Assembly (NCBI GenBank): GCA_000165345.1
Contig: CM000432.1
Location: 64,001-128,000 of the forward strand
Reading direction: 5' to 3'
DNA length: 64,000 nt
The notes beneath the pieces are model-generated. The model was not told the DNA's origin. It made no database searches and was given only the letters and a program-made list of their open reading frames with translations. Below, in pieces: positions 51,900-61,282 of this stretch. The translations under genes were made by a program, and so were the position numbers. Each line of letters opens with the position of its first letter. The stretch's first letter is position 1.

Positions 51900-52401
51900 T
51901 CATCATTAGGGATGTATAAATAAGTTTTCCTTATTTTAACTTGTGAATCTATCTATATTATTAATTCATATTTTTGCTCTTTCAAAATATTTTTTTCTTT
52001 TTGCGGCTAATATTTTATTTTAGCTGAAAAATTTACTATTTTTTTAATTTATTTTAAATATTTACTATAAAAAAAAATTAATCATAAAAGTAACCAATTT
52101 TTTGGCGGGAAATTGACTTAATCTTAATGCCTAATTAACTAAATGAAGGGAAAAAAAAAAGAGAATATATAAGACAAAGAAAAAAGGCTAGTGATAATTT
52201 ATCACTTCAGTAAATTATTTTGATTGTTGGATTTATATAGAACAGTATTGGATTTTCATGCAGTCTGTTGCTTTCGAAGTTTCGAAATAATAATCAACAA
52301 AGAAGCCACTTTGTTTTATTTAGTAGTCATTTAAACAAAAAAAAAAGTGTGTAAAGATATTCTTAATACTTAAAGTTCAATTCACCTACTACTAAGAATA
52401 T

Positions 52402-53709
52402 ATGTCGTTTTTTAATAACCTTTCTACTAGTGGAGGGCAAGGACTCGGGTTTGGTGGAGGAACTACAAGTAACTTCAGTTTTGGAAATCCCTCATCTACA
52501 AGTACTAATTTATTTGATAACAAGTCCTCCTTATTTCCAACACAATCAACACTTAATAGCTCAAATAATGCTTTATCTACTAGCTTTCTAAATTCTAATT
52601 CAACAGGTACCAATTTATTTGGTACGTCAAATTCAAATCAAAGTCAAGGAACTGGATTAAATTTAGGAACAAATTCGTTTTCAATGAATAACACACAGTT
52701 TAGTAGCCAAACTCAATCAGCTACTTTGAATATGATGAATTTGCCACTCCAACAAAGACAAGAACTTGAGAGAATAGAGAAACGAAAAGTGTCTTTACAA
52801 AAAGGACTCTCTTTACAAATGAATCCTACTATGACAGCATTGACATACCAATTGGATGAAAAGGCTCCAGAAAAACAGCAAGAAGTGGATAATTACATAT
52901 ATTATAATTTAAATGACGAAGGAATTATTAAGAACTTAAACGATGCGAAAAAACTCAACCCGAATCCAAGTAAGTGTTATACTCTCCCAATTAAGGGATT
53001 TGGAGAATTAGTGCAAAGAGAACAACAACAAAGAAAAGAGTTAGAAAACTTATTATGTGAAATGAAATCTGTTAAGGATGAAAATGTTAAAATTCTTCAG
53101 ACATTGAATACCAGTACAATTAAAAGAGTCGAAGAATGTAAAAAACGTCATCAAAGTATAATTCACCAACTTGTTCATATTTCATGTATGATTGAAGAAT
53201 ATGGTGAGAAAAACCATTTTGCCCAAGTTAACTACCAACTTGACAATCAATTGAACCAAGTTTTACATCAAATTCAAGAAAACCATATGAAGCTTGGAGC
53301 TTGGCAATCTTCAATTAACCAAATTGAAACTAATATCAAGTATATTGATGAGCAATTGAATGATAATGACTCAAAAAATTGTAACGATCTAAAGAATCTT
53401 CTTGAGAGTTCTCCTAATAAGTCGGGTAATAATTCTTTTTCTGATCATCTTAATTCTTCTGATCAAAAAGGATCTGAAAATAATCATTCAATTTCTGACT
53501 TAAACAACAGATTACAACAGAATCAGCAATTATCTTCCACAAATGGAATATATTCTGATATCTCAAAGAACTCAAGGGAGACCTCAACTAACTCTCCAAG
53601 TAATGTAGAAGCCATTTTTGAAACTCTCGATAGTCAGCAACAACTATTAGAGTCCTTAAGTGATACTGTCAGAAATGACTCTCTATTAATTCAACAATTC
53701 ATTTCTTAG
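52402..53709 (+). CDS. FG-repeat nucleoporin with C-terminal coiled coil (Nup62/Nup54/Nup58 central-channel type).
   Basis: N-terminal GLGFGGG, FSFG, LFD and LFG repeats in a Ser/Thr/Asn-rich region, followed by a heptad-repeat coiled-coil region. Confidence 0.45.
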   Translation: MSFFNNLSTSGGQGLGFGGGTTSNFSFGNPSSTSTNLFDNKSSLFPTQSTLNSSNNALSTSFLNSNSTGTNLFGTSNSNQSQGTGLNLGTNSFSMNNTQFSSQTQSATLNMMNLPLQQRQELERIEKRKVSLQKGLSLQMNPTMTALTYQLDEKAPEKQQEVDNYIYYNLNDEGIIKNLNDAKKLNPNPSKCYTLPIKGFGELVQREQQQRKELENLLCEMKSVKDENVKILQTLNTSTIKRVEECKKRHQSIIHQLVHISCMIEEYGEKNHFAQVNYQLDNQLNQVLHQIQENHMKLGAWQSSINQIETNIKYIDEQLNDNDSKNCNDLKNLLESSPNKSGNNSFSDHLNSSDQKGSENNHSISDLNNRLQQNQQLSSTNGIYSDISKNSRETSTNSPSNVEAIFETLDSQQQLLESLSDTVRNDSLLIQQFIS

Positions 53710-53990
53710 GTTTATTTATAAATTCACCTAATAACAAAATACCCTATATAGGAATTCCAATAGTTATATTCATATATACATTAATTAACTAATTCTACTA
53801 CCTCTTAATCTCCTCTGTCTCACTAGCAATAAACTAATTTCAATTAATTAAAATACCCCATATATTCAAAGATAACAACTAAATAATTAAATATAAAAAT
53901 TTAATCTGACTACCTATTAATAATACTAATATTATTATTGAGATGTTACACTTAAACTGCAAGGAATAAGAAAAGATGAAATCTACATGC

Positions 53991-54554
53991 TTATGCCTTG
54001 TATGCTCTAGAGGCTCTTCTACCTCTTGCCTTCTCGAACTTGCGTCCCTTTGATTGTACGCGAGGTCTTGATGTGCTCTTTGGCAAACCTGGAGCTCTAC
54101 CGAAGTATTTCTCCTGAATTCTAGCCTTTGTCTTTCCTCTGAGTAAGACAACATTTGAACCCTTTGGAGCTCTTAAGGCGAGCTGATCAAAAGTCAAGCA
54201 TTCACCACCATACTTCTCAATATGTTTTCTAGCTGTCTCAGTAAATCTCAAAGCGCATACTGTCAACTTTGGGATCTTTAAGACTCTAGTATCATCAGTA
54301 ACAGTACCAACAACTGCTGCGATCTTGCCTTCTTTTCCGTTCATGAATTGAACAAGACGAGATACAGAGATTGGTGCTTGGAATCTTCTAGCCATCTTCA
54401 AACGATGGAGAACAGTGTCATTGAAAGATGAGTCTGTTCTACGACCCAAGAATGTATAGAGTTTTGACAACAATATACGATATGGGTTTGTCGAACGAGT
54501 TCTCTTAGACTGAGTCTTCTTGACACGACCACCTGCCTTTAAATCAATACCCAT
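53991..54554 (-). CDS. RPL18: 60S ribosomal protein L18 (eL18).
   Basis: [29 protein letters not shown]...[42 protein letters not shown] is a near-canonical eL18. Confidence 0.85.
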   Translation of the reverse strand: MGIDLKAGGRVKKTQSKRTRSTNPYRILLSKLYTFLGRRTDSSFNDTVLHRLKMARRFQAPISVSRLVQFMNGKEGKIAAVVGTVTDDTRVLKIPKLTVCALRFTETARKHIEKYGGECLTFDQLALRAPKGSNVVLLRGKTKARIQEKYFGRAPGLPKSTSRPRVQSKGRKFEKARGRRASRAYKA

Positions 54555-54738
54555 GTTTAATTCCTAGCAACAAAGAAAGTTCTTATTTAGACTTTAGTCG
54601 AAAAAAATCAAATCTAGTTTCCTTAAAGAAACTTTTTCCTTTTTACTATGAAAAAAAAATTTACTACTCCCACGCTTAATTTAATTAATTATATTTGCCT
54701 TTTTGTCTCCATTATTTAATTATATATTATTTTTAGAG

Positions 54739-54780
54739 ACGCCAATTATTTACATCAAGGCGCCACAACTATGGCGCCTT
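54739..54780. promoter_or_regulatory. Triple GCGCC-core motif cluster upstream of the ribosomal protein L18 gene.
   Basis: gacGCCAAtt, aaGGCGCCAca and atGGCGCCtt within 42 bp, ~190-230 bp upstream of the eL18 ATG (minus strand). Confidence 0.4.
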
Positions 54781-55045
54781 GCTCGGTATTTAATTTGATC
54801 TGCAGTAGTAATTAAAAGAAAAGGTAACTGAAATAGACGTATAATTACTTTAAACTAGAATATAAAATGAGAATATACTTAGAATGTACATGTTGTGTTA
54901 TTTTTGACTATAATATTTTTCTTTTTAATTAATATAACAGAAACTAGCTTTTTTGGTGTCTTAGATACTAAAACACAACACTATCGGAGAATTTATAAAG
55001 TTCTTTTAGATTTTCGTTGCTATATAAAGTAAAATCCTGATATTG

Positions 55046-58000
55046 TTATTTTTGTAAAGCAGCAGATATTCTCCTCTCTAATTTTTTAGCAATAACTTGC
55101 ATCTGCTGATCTAGGAATTGTTTCCAAGCGATTGCCTCTTCCTGTTTATTGTGGGAAGATGCTGAGAATTCTGAGTCCCATTGCTTCATTCCTTTCTTCC
55201 ATTGCCTTAAACTATGGAGTTCGTGTTCCAGTAACTTTCTGGCAATATCCTTGTTTGGCACAACAGAATTGCTTGTGACCGACCCACTATTTGGACGCAA
55301 ACTTTGGAGAATTGATGCAATCTTGGAAGCTTGAGCGTTAATTTGGTTTTGCTCATGAACGCTACCTCCCATAACTGATGATGAAATGGATGGGTAATGT
55401 AAGTTTGTATTGTTCATAAGTGAGCCTGGTGGTGGAGGATTAATACTGGAAGAGGCTGGAAGATTGTTGGTGTTCATATTGGGGCCATAACCATTTGATA
55501 TACAGTAATCCATATTTAAGTTATTGTCATATATTTGAGAAGAATTCGTATTCGTTACTGCATTGTTATGAGCTGGTTGGATGAAGCTAATCCCAGTTAC
55601 GCCATTAGTTTTCTCTCCTGGTCTTGAAATGTTTCCATTAAACTTTTCATCAGTTTGAACGGTTCTGTTTATATTTGATTCATTACTCCTCTTTAATTCA
55701 TTCAATTCGTTCTTAATGTCCGTAAGTAGTGGCATTAAGACCATAGGTGACTCTGGATACATTATAGGGGAGTTGTTTGTTAATGTTGGGAGGATTTGCT
55801 GATTTGAAGAGGAGTCACTTGTTGATATGTAGGTAGACTTTAAGAGTGTTGGTACTCTTGCATCCTGTGGTTTTGACATTTCAGGAACTACTTGAACTTC
55901 ATTTGGATAACCTGGCAGAGCTGAAGAGTCACAGGCATGCTCTCCTACATCAGACCCTCCCATATTTTTAACTGCAGGAGAAGTAGAACTTGCTCTTATC
56001 CTAGAGCTCTTACTCTTTTCTGTGAATTGCCTTAGCTCCTTTAAAAGATTCTTCTCTCGGCTTTCTGTGGCCTGGAGCTTCTCATATAGCTTCTTCATGG
56101 TTTTTTCCAAAGAACCGATTACATCACTGTTCTTTTTATATACTTCTGAAATTTTTGCCTCGTTTATATTTTCGTTTGCGGTTGAACCCTTATTCGACTC
56201 TCCCCCATTCATGCAGGGTGTCTGAACGCTGGCAGTATTCTGTCTTATATCCCTACTATCATGTGGCCCAGCTCCGTCTGATGAGCCACAACCAAGAGAG
56301 CTTCCAATACTATTAATTTGCTTATGGAGATGCAAGATTGTATAAAGGAGTTCTTCTTTTTGTTTCATCTCTTCTTGAATTTGCTGTTGGAGAACTTGGC
56401 AAGTCTTCTGAGTTTCTCTTTCAATATCCCGGTTCCTCAATTCTAAGTCTTCAATCATTCTGCGTAGCTCACAAATTTCCTTATCCTTATTGGAAAAGCT
56501 CTTTCCTTCATATAACTCTTTTTCACGACTCTTTATCACCCCCTCCATCTCTTGTAAAAGGTCCTCACTTCTTTGAATAGCCAGCTCTCGCTCAAAAAGT
56601 TGTTTATCTCTTTCTTCAATCCTAATCAACTCATCAAGGAGAGGTTTTCTCTCCAACTGGAGTTGTCTCTCCTTCTCATCCAACTCTCTCTCGCGATCTT
56701 TAAGCTCCAAATCTCTCTCCTTCAAATCTGCCTCTCTACGATCCATGGAACGCTCTCTCTCGATCAATATAGCCTCTCTTCTACCTAAATTGGACTCTTT
56801 AGTTCTATGTGTGCTCTCTTTCTCCTCTATTTTTACCTCCCTTGCAAGGAGACTTTCCTCAACAAGCTTGGTTCTCTGCCCTAAACTGCTCATTTCTCTC
56901 TCCAAATCATTCAAACCCATCTCCCTCTCTAGTAAGCCCTTCTCCTTCTCCATTAACTTATTCTCACGGTCAATTAACTTATTTTCTTTTTCAACCAACT
57001 TACTCTCACGCTCTATAAACTTCCCTTCCCTATCTTTAAGTCTGCTTTCCTTTTCATACAACTGTCCTTCTCTCTCCTCAAGAGATCTTCTCTCAGACTC
57101 GCTCAGAGCAGCTCTCTGACTATTCAATAGAGCCTCTCTGCCATCCAGCTCTTTTTCTCTTGTTGAAATATTCTTCTGACGCTTATCCAACTCAAACCAA
57201 AACTCTTCAAACTCCTTTTGGCGGCTCTCAAGCTCATTAATATAAACATCAAATTCCTTTTGCTTATTCTCCAAATCCACCTTCTGTGAGCTTAACAAGC
57301 TCTCCAAATCTTTTACTGATTTTTCTCTCTCCTCAAGCTCTCTTAGACGAGACTCCTGATGAGCCACTTGAGACCTCCTTGCATCTTGGCTTTCTCGCTC
57401 CTCCTTTAATGCTTTTCTGCTTTCATCCAACTCCTTTCTGATATCTCTCAATTCCATTTCCAAACTTCTAAGTTGTGATTCATATTGCAGGCTCATCTTC
57501 TGTAAACTATCATTATTTGCATGCTCCAACTTTACATATATTTGGCGCTCATCCTCTTCAATCTGTTTTGACTTTACCGCCAAAGCCTTCTCCAGGCTTA
57601 CAAGCTCGTCCTTGAGTGAATCTAGGGACTTCTTTTTTTCGTTAAGTTCAAGTTTCTGAGACCTAAGTTCAATACCTTGTTTATCTAGTTCGTCTTTTTG
57701 AGAGTTAAGCTCTGCTCTGAGTTTCTCTGTTTCAGCTTTTCCGGCATCAACCTCTTTCATTTTGTGTTCCAATTCACTCTTAATTTGCTCCAAGTTTCTT
57801 CTTTCAGCCTCTATTTCGCCACGATTTTTCTTTACCTCCTTCTTCAATCGATCATATTCAGCCTTACCATTCTCCAGCTCTAATTTTGCATTTTCGATTT
57901 CAGCTAGCCTCTTTTTATAGTCTGAATCCTGTTCTAACTGAACCTTTTCCATATTCATTGAATAATCTTCAACCATCCTGTTGAAACTTTGTTCTCTTAA

Positions 58001-59077
58001 ATTTAGATCATCAACATATGACTCAAATTCCTTCTGCTTTTCCATAATTTCTTTCTCTAGGTTGGAGACTGTTAAGGATCTTTGGTCGAGATCTTTAGCT
58101 TTGTCATTCAGATTCTGCTCCTGGAGCTTCAGTTTTTCTTCCAGATTAGATAGAGATGCTTCTTTTCCATCTAAGTATCCTTCTTTAGATACAATTGAGA
58201 TTTCTCTCTCGTGCAGCTCTATTTCTTTTTCACTGGTAACTCCTGCTGTAGACTCTAAATTATGAAACCTATTCTTCCATGATTCAATTTCTTTACACTT
58301 AATTTGAACAGTATCAATTAGCTCTTCCAAGGAAGAGTACTCATTTGATTGCAAAGTTTTGTTCATCTCAGCCAAGCTCGTCTTTACGTTAGTATACTGC
58401 TCTAAAAGTGATTCATGTTCAATCTTTTCAATCGCCAGCTTTTCATTCAAATCCTGAATCACCTCATCATATTCTTTCTTAACATTTTGTAAATCGCTGA
58501 CACCCAGATCTCTAGCTTCCTTTAGAGAATTAATTTCATTAATTAACTTTTGTTTATCAGACTTATATTCTGAAATCACATCCTTGTAACTATCCAGCTC
58601 GTTTTCTAGTTGTGTTTTTTCTAACTCAAGTTCTTCAGCACGTTTATTATTTTGTATTGAGCTTTCTAATTCATCTATTCTATTCAGTGCTTCCTTATAT
58701 AAATTCCAGTAATTATCAGCTTCTTCAGAATTAACTGTATTGTTGATATCAGTCTGCTCAGAAAGCAATTTTTCTAGCCTATCCAATTCCTGAATAAGCT
58801 GGGAATTTCTTTCTTTCTCTAAATTTAGTTCAGTCTCAAACCTTCTACTTTGAGATTCTGCCACTGATAATTCATCCCTACTTTTGTGATACAATGAGCG
58901 CTCAGTTTCTACTTGGTGTTGTAAATCTTCCATAGCATTTCTAATCAATATCATAAACCTAGCACTATCAGGGTCATTCTCATCCAGTACCCCCTGTGAA
59001 AGCTTTATATCCGGCGCATTAGTGCCAGTCTTCAGACTGTCATGTTCCATCTCCTTTATATCCTGATTAATAGGCAT
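55046..59077 (-). CDS. Large coiled-coil protein (1343 aa), function unknown.
   Basis: About 900 residues of uninterrupted E/K/R/L heptad-type sequence with internal quasi-repeats (ERE.KL.DRE.KL.EKE...). Ser/Asn-rich, non-coiled C-terminal third. Confidence 0.5.
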   Translation of the reverse strand: MPINQDIKEMEHDSLKTGTNAPDIKLSQGVLDENDPDSARFMILIRNAMEDLQHQVETERSLYHKSRDELSVAESQSRRFETELNLEKERNSQLIQELDRLEKLLSEQTDINNTVNSEEADNYWNLYKEALNRIDELESSIQNNKRAEELELEKTQLENELDSYKDVISEYKSDKQKLINEINSLKEARDLGVSDLQNVKKEYDEVIQDLNEKLAIEKIEHESLLEQYTNVKTSLAEMNKTLQSNEYSSLEELIDTVQIKCKEIESWKNRFHNLESTAGVTSEKEIELHEREISIVSKEGYLDGKEASLSNLEEKLKLQEQNLNDKAKDLDQRSLTVSNLEKEIMEKQKEFESYVDDLNLREQSFNRMVEDYSMNMEKVQLEQDSDYKKRLAEIENAKLELENGKAEYDRLKKEVKKNRGEIEAERRNLEQIKSELEHKMKEVDAGKAETEKLRAELNSQKDELDKQGIELRSQKLELNEKKKSLDSLKDELVSLEKALAVKSKQIEEDERQIYVKLEHANNDSLQKMSLQYESQLRSLEMELRDIRKELDESRKALKEERESQDARRSQVAHQESRLRELEEREKSVKDLESLLSSQKVDLENKQKEFDVYINELESRQKEFEEFWFELDKRQKNISTREKELDGREALLNSQRAALSESERRSLEEREGQLYEKESRLKDREGKFIERESKLVEKENKLIDRENKLMEKEKGLLEREMGLNDLEREMSSLGQRTKLVEESLLAREVKIEEKESTHRTKESNLGRREAILIERERSMDRREADLKERDLELKDRERELDEKERQLQLERKPLLDELIRIEERDKQLFERELAIQRSEDLLQEMEGVIKSREKELYEGKSFSNKDKEICELRRMIEDLELRNRDIERETQKTCQVLQQQIQEEMKQKEELLYTILHLHKQINSIGSSLGCGSSDGAGPHDSRDIRQNTASVQTPCMNGGESNKGSTANENINEAKISEVYKKNSDVIGSLEKTMKKLYEKLQATESREKNLLKELRQFTEKSKSSRIRASSTSPAVKNMGGSDVGEHACDSSALPGYPNEVQVVPEMSKPQDARVPTLLKSTYISTSDSSSNQQILPTLTNNSPIMYPESPMVLMPLLTDIKNELNELKRSNESNINRTVQTDEKFNGNISRPGEKTNGVTGISFIQPAHNNAVTNTNSSQIYDNNLNMDYCISNGYGPNMNTNNLPASSSINPPPPGSLMNNTNLHYPSISSSVMGGSVHEQNQINAQASKIASILQSLRPNSGSVTSNSVVPNKDIARKLLEHELHSLRQWKKGMKQWDSEFSASSHNKQEEAIAWKQFLDQQMQVIAKKLERRISAALQK

Positions 59078-59317
59078 GGAGTATTCTGCTATTTAATACT
59101 TGACCATCCGAAACAGGTTTCTTGTTTATTCTAATACTTGAAAAAAAAATTTGGGTAAGATAAGGATTTTCTTACCCTTCAGGTTAGAAGAATTTATTAT
59201 TATTAATGTTTCTTCTCTACCTAATTTTTATATTTAAATATATTTTCCCTCTTGCTCCTTTTCGTTTTTATTAGCTATTACCCCACACTGTATGTCTATA
59301 TTGGAGTTAAATCAGTT

Positions 59318-59340
59318 CAGCGCCAAATTTTGCATGCATG
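59318..59340. promoter_or_regulatory. Composite cagCGCCAAattt + TGCATGCATG element upstream of the coiled-coil gene; a similar TGCATGCATG lies at 51654..51663 upstream of PA200.
   Basis: TGCATGCA is the widely conserved apicomplexan AP2-type promoter motif, seen here at both loci within ~250-550 bp of minus-strand ATGs. Confidence 0.4.
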
Positions 59341-61282
59341 TGATGCCCGCCTTAAATTAGGGCAACTTTGCATATAATTAGGGAGCAAGAATATTAATTT
59401 AAGATTAAACAGATAATACTAAAAAATAAATTAAGCATATGAAAATGTGTTGGAATATTTAAATAAAAAGGATTCAATATATTAGAATGTTTTTCTGAAA
59501 AAATGAGTTGGGTATATTGGCCTTGATTAAAATAAGAAAGTATCTACTCTGAAAGAATAAGTTGTTAAAACTGCATCTACGAAATTGAATAAACTTTTGG
59601 AATAAAAACTAGCTATTTTAATTAAACAAGAAACCCCCACAAAAAATATATGTGGAACTCACATGCACTAAAAAGGATAAGTTGCAGGTACCGTTGTAAT
59701 AATTTGCATGGAACTGTGTAGGTATCGAAACAATTGTGGTATCTTATTAAAAGCGCAATTGATCAGTGTGAAAGAGCTTAACACCCACTATTATGCTTAA
59801 TGCACAACCCCCTAAAAGCTAGAAAACGAGCAATACCAAATAAATCATGATATCTAACACAAATAAAAAAGGTTTGTCAAGTTAGACGTTACGTCTTGTA
59901 GAGCATTGCACCTATACAGGACGTTACGATGACGTCGTCCCAAAGAGACAGAGACAAAATAAGATGCAGCTTCCTGATGTAAGAATCTTTCCAACTCCGT
60001 TGTCCATCTAAGAGCGAAATCATGAATCACAATCTCAATTTTTTCTGAAAAAAATCAATGTTTGGATGATATGCAATAAATTTTATTTGATCAGTAATTT
60101 TATATTTAGCGCTTCATTTTCGTGAGATTTGTGTTGCGCTATTATTTCTTGATCCAAATTCATGCCCTCCAGTAATGCTGATTTTAAATATGTTTGTCAA
60201 CTATGTCCAATAAATTTGGTTTGTTACCTTAATTTTGAAGCTATCTATATCAATAAAACTGAGTAAAGGTAAATGATGTGAATATATTAACATTTACAAC
60301 AGTTCAAAAATGTTTTAACTATGAAGAAACGATACAAAGATATTATGGGTTTATTAATTAATTCAAGGTGTTTTTCCAATTTTACTTATCGCAATATTTG
60401 ATAATTTAATATCATTAAATCAATTGTAAATCATCAAATTTGAAACTAAAGTTTGGCGCCAATTGATTTTTTTTGCCACCATTTTTTAGAGGTTACAGGT
60501 GAAATTGGAGGATGAAGTGAACCATATAACACCGAATATTGAGGGATTGTAGAATCTTATTTGCTATATTCTCAATTTGTTACAATTACTGCTTCCCTAT
60601 TCATCCAGCCTAGCCTTTCTTTTGTTTATAATCATACCTCTTTAACAATCCACATGGTTGCCGCCAAGCATGTTCCGATATTGCCAATAGTGCAAACTTC
60701 CACATACCCATGGCGGCACATTTGTTTACGTTGTGTCTACATGTGGCGCGCCAGCGGTTGTATTGTTATTAGAATTAATTGAATTAGCAAGGGAATCTTA
60801 ATAATATTTTGAAAATAAAATCAAAGTAGAATAGGAAGTGTTTGTGGGCAAGGTAAGGATATTGAAACTGGAATATATTCATATTTTGGAGAGTGATCAA
60901 ATCCTGAGCACTTCCCCACCTGTGCATTTGAACAGCATAGAGCATATTTTTGTATTATCTATAATATCAAGTTGCTGAGGTGAAAATTAAGTGGTAGCAT
61001 AATAGGAAGAAGTGATCGTTTCATTATACTTAATCTTTTCTAATACAACAACTATTCTTTATATCAGTTTATGCAAGAATTCTTGGTTTTCTTCTGAAAC
61101 GGACTATTTTGTGTATTATAAATACAAATCAACTCGATGATTTATTGTTGAAGCAACTATCTGTGGTAATAAGTATAATATATGTTTTGATTAACCCGAT
61201 CAATTAGGGGTTTTGCTTTAAACTTTAGAAATAATCCTTGATTGAGAAATCAGGCGAGGATAAGAATTTTTACATTACTATA

